Shown here one piece after another: positions 1 through 8,354 of a stretch of 34,897 nucleotides of DNA. The notes under the pieces are model-generated. The model saw only the letters and a list, made by a program, of their open reading frames with translations. It had not been told where the DNA came from and did not search any database. The translations under genes were made by a program, and so were the position numbers. Within the stretch, counting starts at the first letter, position 1. Each line of letters opens with the position of its first letter. Source of the DNA: Patescibacteria group bacterium (GTDB taxonomy: Bacteria; Patescibacteriota; Minisyncoccia; JACROR01); NCBI GenBank assembly GCA_038064095.1, contig JBBTTT010000059.1, positions 1 to 34,897 of the forward strand, read 5' to 3'.

Positions 1-55
1 CGAACCCAGTCTACCTGCTCCCAAAGCAGGCGTACCACCATCATACGCCAGCCCG
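1..55 (-). tRNA. tRNA-Pro(TGG), truncated by the window edge
   Basis: The reverse complement reads CCTGC-TTTGGGA-GCAGG (anticodon stem-loop, anticodon TGG, G37). CTGGG-TTCG, the start of the T arm, follows. The D arm GTAT/GTAC resembles that of tRNA-Pro(CGG) at 11014-11084. The rest of the T arm and the 3' acceptor lie outside the window. Confidence 0.6.
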
Positions 56-460
56 CTAAATATCTTCCGTAATCCTTATTTTAGCTTTTTTATTTTCTAA
101 ATCAACGAATACCGCCATAATGTTTATCTGCCATTGTTGTTCGTCCGGCGCGTGGATAAATCCTAAATAAGATTGTATTGCCCGATTGAGTCTTTTTATT
201 TTCCAATCGTCAACATTATTTTCCGGATCATAATCATTTTGGGAAGTTTCATATGAAACTGTTTCATATGAAACACTTTTTACTTCCACAAAATAAAGAA
301 TGTCATTTTTTTTGGCAATAATATCTATTTCACCCCATGGTTTTCTAAAATTTCTATCCAAAATTTTATATCCTTGTTTCACAAGATGTTTCACGGCAAT
401 ATTCTCTCCAATTTCTCCAATTTTTTGTTTTTCTGTTTTATTGTGTTTCACTTGAAACAT
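56..460 (-). CDS. yraN: YraN/UPF0102 family endonuclease-like protein
   Basis: Motifs GEIGENIAVKHLVKQGYKILDRNF...GEIDIIAKK...LYFVEVKS are typical of UPF0102 (Holliday-junction-resolvase-like fold). I start at the ATG at 458-460 (MFQVKHNK). The 38 upstream codons of the tracked ORF run through a repeat element and look non-coding. Confidence 0.8.
   Translation of the reverse strand: MFQVKHNKTEKQKIGEIGENIAVKHLVKQGYKILDRNFRKPWGEIDIIAKKNDILYFVEVKSVSYETVSYETSQNDYDPENNVDDWKIKRLNRAIQSYLGFIHAPDEQQWQINIMAVFVDLENKKAKIRITEDI
246..275. repeat. Tandem 15-bp duplication whose core is a 14-bp palindrome (GTTTCATATGAAAC), inside yraN
   Basis: gtttcatatgaaact/gtttcatatgaaaca is read directly and encodes VSYET-VSYET in the YraN protein. 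Each unit is self-complementary around CATATG. Confidence 0.9.
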
Positions 461-485
461 TCTTAAAATTTTATATCTTTCACTT

Positions 486-552
486 TGAATTACGAAATTG
501 TCGTTTTGAGACCGCCCGCAGGCGCTTTGCTCGGTGTTTTTTCGGCTAAAAT
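486..552. repeat. Diverged solo half-copy of the foldback element at 13648-13811
   Basis: tgaattacgaaat is identical to the terminus of the 13648-13811 element. GACCG-CCGCAGGCG-TTTGCT-GG-TTTTTT-GG-TAAAAT then follows in the same order, roughly 80 percent identity by eye to one arm. It lies just upstream of the yraN start. Confidence 0.7.
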
Positions 553-721
553 TATAAACAAGCCGATGAAACATTTTTTATTTTAACATTTTTATTAAAA
601 AATCTCATTTGATTGGCAAAAAATAAAAAGTATGCTATATTTTGATATTCCATAGCGAGATACTAGATACTATGGATGTTCTTTAAAATTATAAATTTAT
701 TTTATTGGGAGGTGGTTAATA

Positions 722-817
722 ATGTTAATAATGAAAGAAGATGAGCTAACTGACGCAATGACTAAAATATTTATTACAGTTTGCATCTTTTTATTTCTTA
801 TGGCGATAATACTATAA
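722..817 (+). CDS. Candidate 31-aa small membrane peptide (MLIMKEDELTDAMTKIFITVCIFLFLMAIIL)
   Basis: The ATG at 722 is preceded by a strong SD (GGGAGGTGG, 707-715) at 6-9 nt spacing. It has an acidic N-terminus and a hydrophobic C-terminal helix. It is too short for the ORF track and I see no homology evidence. Confidence 0.35.
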   Translation: MLIMKEDELTDAMTKIFITVCIFLFLMAIIL

Positions 818-939
818 ATTAATGCACAATAAAGACTTTTTAGCATCTAATAGACATTTGTCCAATAGAAAAATGTCCGATAAGCACATTTTATTCACAT
901 TATTTCCACTAATTTAGCTTGTTAAAAAGGAGGATGCGA

Positions 940-2049
940 ATGGAAAGAAAAATTGAAGTTCTTGGTTTTTACAATGGCCATCAATTATTAGATGGTGATG
1001 GTAAAAAAGCCGATTTGTTAAAAATAATTGAGCTTGCCGGAAGAACTTGTTATAAATCTTTTGATAAAATAACCGTTGATTCGGCAAAACAGTTTGTCCA
1101 TAAACTCTTGAGAGTTTATAAACATGAAAGCGTGATAGAACATTCTTGGTTTCCTTTATTTATAGACCTTACGGGATTGTTGTCTTGGGAAATTATTTTA
1201 GATATTTTGACTACGAATGGATTGTTTAAAGTTACAAAGAAAGAATCAGGGTGGCTGTTGAGCGGAAACGCAAGAATGTTTCGCGATTACATCCTAAAAA
1301 GTAAAAAAATATGGAAATATGACATCCGGGACAAGCTGAAAAATGAATATCCGGAACTTTTTCAGGATATTGATCATAACAATATGGATGGCGTTGTTGA
1401 GAATGACATTGAAAATGATTTTAAAACGCGCCGTCATATTAAAATATATCCTGATATTTCAGAATTCGCTTCACTTGATGAAAAATTAAAACACTGGTGG
1501 CTGGCGGTCCGCTTCAAAGGAGGATCACGGGCATTCACTCATCAACTAGTCAGGCATCGCCTTTGCGCGATTTCCCAGGAAAGCCAAAGATATTGCGACG
1601 AAGCTGGATTTTTTGACAATCAGTATTATGTAATTCCGGAATCCATCAAAGAATTAAAAAATACCAAATTGATGGATTTAATCGGGGACGGTGGTTTGGA
1701 AAATGATTTAACCTTGGAAGAATGGTATAAAACTAATTTGCTGCTTATGGACAGCTGGTACAGAAATCTGCAGAATTTTCTGAAAATGGCGAAAGAAAAA
1801 GGACTGGCAAAAATGAAAGTGAACGAAGACGCCAGATTTTTACTGCCCAACGCAGTTTGCAGCGAAATTGTTGTTTCCGCGAATCTTGAAGAATGGCGCC
1901 ATATCTTTAAAATGAGATGCGATCTTCACGCCCAGTGGGAAATCCGCGATTTTGCGATGATGGTTTTAAAAAAAGCCAAATCACTTTTCCCCGGCGTTTT
2001 TGACGATTTTTTAGAAAGCAAGGACGAAAAAAGCGCGTTTTCTATCTAA
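940..2049 (+). CDS. thyX: FAD-dependent thymidylate synthase ThyX, long form with an internal insertion
   Basis: It carries the ThyX signature SRAFTHQLVRHRLCAISQESQRY (RHR...S...SQRY) and the C-terminal NLEEWRHIFKMRCDLHAQWEIR motif. An AAGGAGG SD lies at 927-933, 6 nt before the ATG at 940. At 369 aa it is much longer than a typical ThyX of about 220-250 aa. Confidence 0.85.
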   Translation: MERKIEVLGFYNGHQLLDGDGKKADLLKIIELAGRTCYKSFDKITVDSAKQFVHKLLRVYKHESVIEHSWFPLFIDLTGLLSWEIILDILTTNGLFKVTKKESGWLLSGNARMFRDYILKSKKIWKYDIRDKLKNEYPELFQDIDHNNMDGVVENDIENDFKTRRHIKIYPDISEFASLDEKLKHWWLAVRFKGGSRAFTHQLVRHRLCAISQESQRYCDEAGFFDNQYYVIPESIKELKNTKLMDLIGDGGLENDLTLEEWYKTNLLLMDSWYRNLQNFLKMAKEKGLAKMKVNEDARFLLPNAVCSEIVVSANLEEWRHIFKMRCDLHAQWEIRDFAMMVLKKAKSLFPGVFDDFLESKDEKSAFSI

Positions 2050-2055
2050 CAAATT

Positions 2056-2083
2056 AAAAAACCCCGCCTAGGCGCGGGGTTTT
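2056..2083. terminator. Bidirectional intrinsic terminator between convergent thyX and the por operon
   Basis: The aaaaaa-CCCCGC-ctaggc-GCGGGG-tttt hairpin is flanked by an A-run and a T-run, so it reads as stem plus U-tract on both strands. Confidence 0.6.
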
Positions 2084-2092
2084 AAAATTAAA

Positions 2093-4201
2093 TTATTCTT
2101 GGAATAACTTGAAAAGTTTTTCCAGTTTTAACCAGTTTTTATCGGTATTTTTCTGAATACTGACAATGTCTTCTTCCTTAAGATGGCTGAATCGGCCTTG
2201 AATTTTCAAATACTGTTCCACAATCCTTTTCTTTGGCATCTCGCTGGCTTTATAATCCTCTCCGTTAAAAATTTCATAAAGCGGCCAAATTCTGGTTTCA
2301 ACGGCTAATCTCGCCACTTCAATAGTTTTTTCGGTAGAAAATTTCCAGCCCGGAGGACAAGAAGAGAAAACAAGAATGAATTTAAAGCCTTTTATTTCCT
2401 TTGCTTTTCTGATTTTTTCGAGCAAATCTTCGGGATAAGCGATTGAAGCGGTGGCCGCGTAAGGAATCTTGTGAGCAGCCATAATAGCCATAATGTCTTT
2501 TTTGGGCTGAGATTTTAAATCCGGCGTAGTGCTGCTCCACGCCCCAAAAGGAGTGGACGACGACCTCTGAACGCCGGTATTCATATAAGCCTCATTGTCA
2601 TAGCAGACAAAAATTATGTCATCGTTTCTTTCAGCGGCGCCGGACAAAGCCTGTAATCCAATGTCGTAAGTTCCGCCGTCGCCGGCAAAAGCCAGAACAT
2701 TCACGTCTTCTATCTCTAAAGCGTCAAAACCGGCCCGAGCGCCGGAAGCTTCAGCCGCGGCTTCCTCAAAACAAACATTCTGCAAAGGATAAAGAGAAGC
2801 ACAATTCGGAAATCTGCCGTTGACGACCGAACCGCAGCAAGCCGGTCTCAACTCAAATGTTCTTTTGCCCAATCCTTTTAAAATAAATCTGCTCGCTATC
2901 ATCATGCCGCATCCCTGGCAAGAAAATTCTCCGGCGGAAATATATTCTTCGCCGGGAATTTCTTTGAGAATGTTTTCTTTAGACGCGGAAATTTGAACAG
3001 CCGGATGTTTCGCGGGGTCAAAATTATTGCCGCCGCCGTTTGTTTCTTTAAGATCAATCCAGATCGGCTCCGGGTCAAACTCCGCCCGGACGGGGTCTTT
3101 TTTTGTCCTTTCAATAATTTCCAGGACCCGGCGCGGGCTAACATCTCTTCCGCCGAGACCGGCCGGAAAACTTAAAAGTTTAGGTTTTTGTTCGGCGTAA
3201 AACGCGCCCCTGATCTCTCGCCAGACAATCTTTTGCATATCCCGATCAATTACTGCGATAGTCTCAACTCCCCGAAGAGATTCCATTAATTCTTCTTTAG
3301 GAAACGGCTTGAACATTCTTATTCTGATCAAGCCCACTCCATCAAGATTTTCTATCGCGCTCTTGATTGTCCCCGCGACTGAACCTAAAGCGATAATAGC
3401 TATTTTGGCTTTTTCCATCTTATAAGTTTCAATCGCTTCATATTTTCTGCCAAAAATTTCCTGAAATTCAAAATGGGCTTTTTTAGCGGCCTCTTTTGCC
3501 TTTTTTTCAAGATTTTCCGTCAAAATATAACGGAATTCGGTCAAATAATCATCGCCAATGGAAGGCTCGTAAACCAATGGTTTTTCAAAATCAACGGGAT
3601 AAAGCGGTTTATAGCCGGGCAAAAAATTATCAACTGAATCCTGGGATGAAATTTCTATCGCTTCCGAAGCGTGGGAAAGGTAAAATCCGTCAAGATTCAC
3701 CATTACCGGCGAATAAATTTGCTCGGCGATTTTATAACCGATAATTATTGAATCAAAAACTTCTTGGGCGTCAGCCGCGTAAAATTGCAGCCAAGGAATG
3801 TCGCGAAGAGCCAAACTGTCTTCGTGAGAAGCTAAAATATTCCAAGAAGGACCCAATGTCCTGTTGACATTAACCAAAACCAGAGGCAGCCGCCTAAGAC
3901 CGGCTGAATATATTTGTTCAGCCATTAGCCAAAGGCCCTGCGAAGAGGTCGCGGTAAAAGCCCGGGCGCCGACTCTGGAAGCCGCCATTATTAAGGCCGC
4001 GGCCGAGGCTTCAGATTCAGTATGCTTATACACGGCTTTTAAATATCCTTTAGCGACAAAATCAGCTAATTTTTCCGCAACGGTAGTTTGGGGAGTAATG
4101 GGATAAGCCGAAATAACTTGAACTTTTGAACGAACCGCCCCCCAAGCCGCCGCCTCATTGGCATGCATTACTTTTCGGAATTTTTCCAAAATCTTTTCCA
4201 T
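2093..4201 (-). CDS. porA: 2-oxoacid (pyruvate):ferredoxin oxidoreductase, fused alpha (PorA) and beta (PorB, TPP-binding) subunits
   Basis: The N-terminal half MHANEAAAWGAVRSKVQVISAYPITPQT... is PorA-like. The C-terminal half has CQGCG...GDGGTYDIGLQALSGAAERNDDIIFVCYDNEAYMNTGVQRS (TPP-binding GDGG...N motif, PorB-like). The start is the ATG at 4199-4201 with a GGAGG 6 nt upstream, 1 nt after the upstream gene's stop. Confidence 0.9.
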   Translation of the reverse strand: MEKILEKFRKVMHANEAAAWGAVRSKVQVISAYPITPQTTVAEKLADFVAKGYLKAVYKHTESEASAAALIMAASRVGARAFTATSSQGLWLMAEQIYSAGLRRLPLVLVNVNRTLGPSWNILASHEDSLALRDIPWLQFYAADAQEVFDSIIIGYKIAEQIYSPVMVNLDGFYLSHASEAIEISSQDSVDNFLPGYKPLYPVDFEKPLVYEPSIGDDYLTEFRYILTENLEKKAKEAAKKAHFEFQEIFGRKYEAIETYKMEKAKIAIIALGSVAGTIKSAIENLDGVGLIRIRMFKPFPKEELMESLRGVETIAVIDRDMQKIVWREIRGAFYAEQKPKLLSFPAGLGGRDVSPRRVLEIIERTKKDPVRAEFDPEPIWIDLKETNGGGNNFDPAKHPAVQISASKENILKEIPGEEYISAGEFSCQGCGMMIASRFILKGLGKRTFELRPACCGSVVNGRFPNCASLYPLQNVCFEEAAAEASGARAGFDALEIEDVNVLAFAGDGGTYDIGLQALSGAAERNDDIIFVCYDNEAYMNTGVQRSSSTPFGAWSSTTPDLKSQPKKDIMAIMAAHKIPYAATASIAYPEDLLEKIRKAKEIKGFKFILVFSSCPPGWKFSTEKTIEVARLAVETRIWPLYEIFNGEDYKASEMPKKRIVEQYLKIQGRFSHLKEEDIVSIQKNTDKNWLKLEKLFKLFQE

Positions 4202-4202
4202 T

Positions 4203-6368
4203 TTATTCCTCCAATTTTTGGCTGATTGCCGATCTCGGACATTCTTGAGCGCAGATGCCGCAGCCCTTGCAATAGTCATAATTGATTTTCAGTTCTCCTT
4301 GTTTTTCGGAAACCGCCATATGAGGGCAGAATTTCCAGCAGTTTCCGCAAAAATCGCAAACGCCGCAGCTAAAACACCTTTTCGCTTCCGAACGCGACGC
4401 CGGTTCTCTTTTCTGATTTTTATTAAAATAAACCGGATTTAAATCGGAAAATTTAACTATTTGCGGATCTTTTGTTTCAAGAGGCGGTTCTCCCAAAAGA
4501 ATTTTCTCTATCTTCTCCGCGGCTTCTCTTCCTGAACCGATCGCCGCGGGAACCGTTCCCGCTTTTGTCTTTATATCTCCGCCCAAAAAAACTTTCCAAT
4601 CCTCCGATTCAACGAAAAACGAATTTTCCGCTTCTTCGCCGACCGCGACAATCAAATTGTCAAACTGCTCCAGAAAATTAGAACCTTCAATCGGTAAAGG
4701 GTTGTTTCTGCTTGATTCAGCTGATTTTCCGGGCTGATTTCTTTGACATTCAAGAAAATTTTGGCCGGATTTGCTGAAAATTCTGACCGGAGACAATAAT
4801 TCTCTGATTTCAATCCCTTCTTTTTCGGCTAAAATCACGTCTTCTTTGATTGCCGGCATTTCAATCTTGGTTCTTCGGTAAAAAATAGAGACCTCCGAAC
4901 CGAATCTTTTAGCGGTTCTGGCCGCGTCAATCGCCGTATTGCCGCCGCCGATAATCACAACCTTTTCCCCTAAAAAAGTTGAAGAAATTGCTTTATTGCC
5001 AAAATTGATGTTTTTAAGAAAATCCAAACCATAAAGGACATCGGGATTTTCCTCGCCTTCAATATTTAATTTTCTTGATTTTTGAAGGCCGGCCGCGAAA
5101 AAGACGGCGTCGTAATATCGTTTAATAGTTTCAAAAAATTTTTGGTCAACAAAAATGCCTTTGCAAACTTTAACTCCAAGATAGATAATGTTGTTGATTT
5201 CTTTTTCCAGAACATCTTTCGGCAAACGAAATTCCGGGATTCCGAATCGGAGCTGGCCGCCTAAAACAGGAAACTGTTCAAAAACAATAACCCGAAAATT
5301 TTTTCTGGCCAGTTGATAGGCGCAGGAAAGTCCGGCCGGGCCGGAACCTACGACGGCAATGTTAAAAGGTTTAAATTTTTTTTCTAAAACCGGCGGATGC
5401 CAACCGCGAGCCGAAGCCTCATCGCCCAAAAATTTCTCCAAATTCCTGATTGACACGGATTCGTCAAATTCATTTCGGTTGCAACTTTTCTCGCAAAAAG
5501 CCCGGCAAACCCGACCAGTAACGGCCGGGAAAGGATTTTTTTCCATCAATTTTTCCCAAGCCTGCCTGTTTTTTCCTTGTTTTAACAAAGAAAGCCAATA
5601 AGGAATATCATTTCCTAATGGGCAGGCATTTTGGCAGGGGGATGTTTTATTTTGGTAATAAGGCCTTATTTTTCTCCAGGCGCCGGTAAGATTCTTAGCG
5701 GTGCCGCTTAAAGAAATTACCGATCCGGGAAGTTCTTTAAAATCCTGAAAAATAATTCCGGCCGGCGGGATTTCCGTTTCCGTCAATTTGTCGGAAGCGG
5801 GAAATTCAATCATTTTAGCCCGCTCAAAAGATTCTTTCACGGCTTTAATGTTATTTCCTTTTTTTGGCAATTCGTCTGATTCTTCCGTTGCTTCAATAAT
5901 TGACTCAAGATTAAGAAGATTCGTGATTTTAGCAAAAACTCCCAACATAGCGGTCCCGACCGCCGGCAGAGCTTTCTGGCCCAAGCCGTATTTTTGGGTA
6001 ATAAAATCAACATCCGCGATTCCCGCCCGGCAACCCGCCAAACCGATCGGATATTTTAAATCTTGAACCGCGTTAAGAATAATTAATCCGCTCTCTCTTT
6101 TAAATCCTTCCAAAACGCGCGCCTGCTTAAAGCGAATCAGAGAAGCATCAAGAATTATAAGATAATCCGGAGCGTAAATTGCCGACCTTAAGATGATCGG
6201 ATTTTCGTCAACTCTCAAACCAACCAGAATCGGCGCCGATCTTCTTTCCGATTTGAATTCAGGCAAAACCAGGACATATTTCTTTTCTTTCCAAAAAGCA
6301 GAAGCTAAAATTCTGGCGGCGGTCAGCGCTCCCTGGCCGCCTCTTCCGTGAAATCTTATTTCTAACAT
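4203..6368 (-). CDS. Three-module fusion: PorG (gamma), GltD/SudA-like NAD(P)H-dependent FAD/Fe-S oxidoreductase, and PorD-like 2x[4Fe-4S] ferredoxin
   Basis: The N-terminus MLEIRFHGRGGQGALTAARILA is PorG-like. The middle has CQNACPLGNDIPYW...VTGRVCRAFCEKSCNR plus VAVVGSGPAGLSCAYQLARKNFRVIVFEQFPVLGGQLRFGIPEFRLPK (GltD-type Fe-S and dinucleotide folds) and a second GGGNTAIDAAR fold. The C-terminus has CFSCGVCDFCGNCWKFCP...YCKGCGICAQECP. The start is taken at the ATG at 6366-6368, with a GGAGG 10 nt upstream. Confidence 0.85.
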   Translation of the reverse strand: MLEIRFHGRGGQGALTAARILASAFWKEKKYVLVLPEFKSERRSAPILVGLRVDENPIILRSAIYAPDYLIILDASLIRFKQARVLEGFKRESGLIILNAVQDLKYPIGLAGCRAGIADVDFITQKYGLGQKALPAVGTAMLGVFAKITNLLNLESIIEATEESDELPKKGNNIKAVKESFERAKMIEFPASDKLTETEIPPAGIIFQDFKELPGSVISLSGTAKNLTGAWRKIRPYYQNKTSPCQNACPLGNDIPYWLSLLKQGKNRQAWEKLMEKNPFPAVTGRVCRAFCEKSCNRNEFDESVSIRNLEKFLGDEASARGWHPPVLEKKFKPFNIAVVGSGPAGLSCAYQLARKNFRVIVFEQFPVLGGQLRFGIPEFRLPKDVLEKEINNIIYLGVKVCKGIFVDQKFFETIKRYYDAVFFAAGLQKSRKLNIEGEENPDVLYGLDFLKNINFGNKAISSTFLGEKVVIIGGGNTAIDAARTAKRFGSEVSIFYRRTKIEMPAIKEDVILAEKEGIEIRELLSPVRIFSKSGQNFLECQRNQPGKSAESSRNNPLPIEGSNFLEQFDNLIVAVGEEAENSFFVESEDWKVFLGGDIKTKAGTVPAAIGSGREAAEKIEKILLGEPPLETKDPQIVKFSDLNPVYFNKNQKREPASRSEAKRCFSCGVCDFCGNCWKFCPHMAVSEKQGELKINYDYCKGCGICAQECPRSAISQKLEE

Positions 6369-6392
6369 CTCTTTTTTCCTCCATAAATATTG

Positions 6393-6409
6393 AGTTTTCA
6401 AAGAATCTT
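6393..6409 (-). promoter_or_regulatory. Conserved 17-nt box (minus strand AAGATTCTTTGAAAACT), copy 1, por operon leader
   Basis: It is identical to 8329-8345. It starts exactly 10 nt downstream of the predicted -10 hexamer, as copy 2 does. Confidence 0.55.
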
Positions 6410-6418
6410 TTTTTCTCT

Positions 6419-6447
6419 AAAATACCACCAATCAAAATTTTTAGCAA
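6419..6447 (-). promoter_or_regulatory. Sigma70-type promoter of the por operon
   Basis: The minus strand reads TTGCTA (6447-6442), a 17-nt spacer, then TGgTATTTT (extended -10, hexamer 6424-6419). It lies directly after the upstream terminator. Confidence 0.4.
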
Positions 6448-6448
6448 T

Positions 6449-6474
6449 AAAAAAAGACGCCGTTAAACGGCGCC
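6449..6474 (-). terminator. Intrinsic terminator after the lipoprotein gene
   Basis: The minus strand reads GGCGCCG-tttaa-CGGCGTC followed by a T7 run. Confidence 0.55.
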
Positions 6475-6502
6475 TCTAATCGGATGCTCTTTTCTTTTTT
6501 TA

Positions 6503-7123
6503 TTATTTAATCGGCGAATTCAATTTTATTTCGGGCGGCGAGAAAATGTCGCCAATAACTTTTCCAAAAGCCCTTTCACTTTCATGCTGTCTAATCAGTT
6601 GGTTGTTAATATTTATTCCGACAAGTATTTTATTTTTAAAAATCAGCACTAATTTTATATCACAGCCTACCCGGTAGGTGTCGCGGCTGTTAAAATAGGT
6701 GAACAGCCTGTCGGTGCGAATTTTTGAGTCCGCGGCTCTGCATTTAATCCCCTCGTATTGTTTCTTTCCCGCTGTCATATTCTCAATATTTTGAAAATCT
6801 ATCGCTAAATGCGTGTTAGCAAGGATAATATCCGAAGTTTCCAGCCAGCCAATTTTATCGCAGCTGTTTTTTGCTTCAGTGCTAAAGCCCAATTTCTTTA
6901 CTTCATCCAAACTCATGCCTTCTTTTAATTGATCAGCGGCTCGCAAAAATTCGTTAATGGCTTTGAAATCTCCCTGCAATACAAATTCAATATTTTCTTT
7001 TTGGGCCACCGGCACTTTTAACCATTCTTTTTCCGTCGGAAAACGGCTGGCGCAGCCGGCAATAATAATCAAGAAAATAATTAAAAGCAAAAGAACAACA
7101 TTCCAAATAATTTTTAACCTCAT
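6503..7123 (-). CDS. Hypothetical lipoprotein
   Basis: It has an N-terminal signal peptide with the lipobox LIIIAGC|AS. No recognisable family. It is co-directional with, and 58 nt downstream of, the thiolase gene. Confidence 0.7.
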   Translation of the reverse strand: MRLKIIWNVVLLLLIIFLIIIAGCASRFPTEKEWLKVPVAQKENIEFVLQGDFKAINEFLRAADQLKEGMSLDEVKKLGFSTEAKNSCDKIGWLETSDIILANTHLAIDFQNIENMTAGKKQYEGIKCRAADSKIRTDRLFTYFNSRDTYRVGCDIKLVLIFKNKILVGININNQLIRQHESERAFGKVIGDIFSPPEIKLNSPIK

Positions 7124-7181
7124 TCTTTTTTTCTCCTTCGCCCTTCCGCAGCTTTACGCGCGGAAAGACTTTTTTCTGATT

Positions 7182-8282
7182 TTACCGCCTTTCAATTATC
7201 AAAGACACAGCTTCTCCGCCGCCAAGACAGACCGAAGCCATGCCTCTTTTGACGTTGCGATCTCTCATCGCGGATAAAAGCGTCACTAAAATTCTCGCGC
7301 CCGAAGCGCCGATCGGATGGCCTAAAGCGATTGCTCCGCCCCTAATGTTCACTTTTGATTCATTTATTCCAAGTTCTTTTATTACCGCCGCGGTAGAAAC
7401 GGAAAAGGCCTCGTTAATTTCATGAAGATCAATGTCTTTTTCCTGAAGTTTTGCTTTTTTCAAGGTTTTAGGAATAGATAAAATCGGAGCAATCAATAAA
7501 TATTTGGGATCAATGCCGGCTGTTCCTTGAACAATAATGCTGGCCAAGGGTTTAATATCAAATTTTTCGGCTTTTTCTTCGGACATCAACAAAACAGCCG
7601 CCGCTCCGTCAGAAATTTTAGAAGCATTGCCGGCGGTTACCTGACCAGCTTTCTTAAAAACCGGCTTTAATCCGGCTAAAGCTTCAAAATTTGTCTCTCT
7701 CGGCACTTCATCTTTGTCAAAATCGCCAACCGGAATAATTTCTTCTTTAAACTTTCCTTCAGTAATCGCTCTCAAAGCTTTTTGATAAGAATTCAAAGCA
7801 AATTGGTCGGCTTCTTTTCTTGTTATGCCGTATTTTTCAGCCACTAGTTCGGCTAAAGACCCCATAGGACAATTATTAACTATATCCCAAAGCCCGTCGT
7901 TAATCATATCTCTATAAGAAGCCAAACTCATATTTTCCATCCCGCCGGCCACTATAATATCCGACTCACCGGAAACAATGCGGCTGTGAGCGAGCATTAT
8001 CGCCATCAGGCCGGAACCGCAGACTTTATTGATTGTCATAGCGCCGGTTTCAACCGCCAAGCCGGCCCGCAACATCGCCTGTCTTGCCGGATTCTGGCCC
8101 AAGCCAGCCGGCAAAACATTGCCCATAATGACTTCGTCAACAAAATTTTTATTTAAATTTGCCCTCTTCACTGTTTCGGCAATAACAATCGCGCCAAGTT
8201 CAGTTGCTTGAATCGCGCTAATCTTCCCCTGGAAATTTCCAATAGCGGTTCTGACCGCGCTGACAATCACTGTTTTTTTCAT
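7182..8282 (-). CDS. Acetyl-CoA C-acetyltransferase (thiolase II), compact 366-aa form
   Basis: MKKTVIVSAVRTAIGNFQG is a thiolase N-terminus. The catalytic motifs are present: NKVCGSGL (nucleophilic Cys), NEAF, GGAIALGHPIGASGARI (His) and VCLGGGEAV (second Cys). Several loops are shorter than in 392-aa thiolases. Confidence 0.9.
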   Translation of the reverse strand: MKKTVIVSAVRTAIGNFQGKISAIQATELGAIVIAETVKRANLNKNFVDEVIMGNVLPAGLGQNPARQAMLRAGLAVETGAMTINKVCGSGLMAIMLAHSRIVSGESDIIVAGGMENMSLASYRDMINDGLWDIVNNCPMGSLAELVAEKYGITRKEADQFALNSYQKALRAITEGKFKEEIIPVGDFDKDEVPRETNFEALAGLKPVFKKAGQVTAGNASKISDGAAAVLLMSEEKAEKFDIKPLASIIVQGTAGIDPKYLLIAPILSIPKTLKKAKLQEKDIDLHEINEAFSVSTAAVIKELGINESKVNIRGGAIALGHPIGASGARILVTLLSAMRDRNVKRGMASVCLGGGEAVSLIIERR

Positions 8283-8328
8283 TACAATTGCCTCCTCAAT
8301 TATTGAATTCTTCTTTATATTTTTTTAA

Positions 8329-8345
8329 GTTTTCAAAGAATCTTA
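8329..8345 (-). promoter_or_regulatory. Conserved 17-nt box, copy 2, thiolase operon leader
   Basis: It is identical to 6393-6409 and has the same 10-nt offset from the -10 hexamer. Confidence 0.55.
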
Positions 8346-8354
8346 TCTTCAAAA

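Noticed and set aside
6393-6409. The 17-nt box as a Rex (redox repressor) operator.
   Set aside because: From memory, the Rex consensus is TTGTGAA-N6-TTCACAA. The box shares only a TTC/GAA core, so no named regulator can be assigned.
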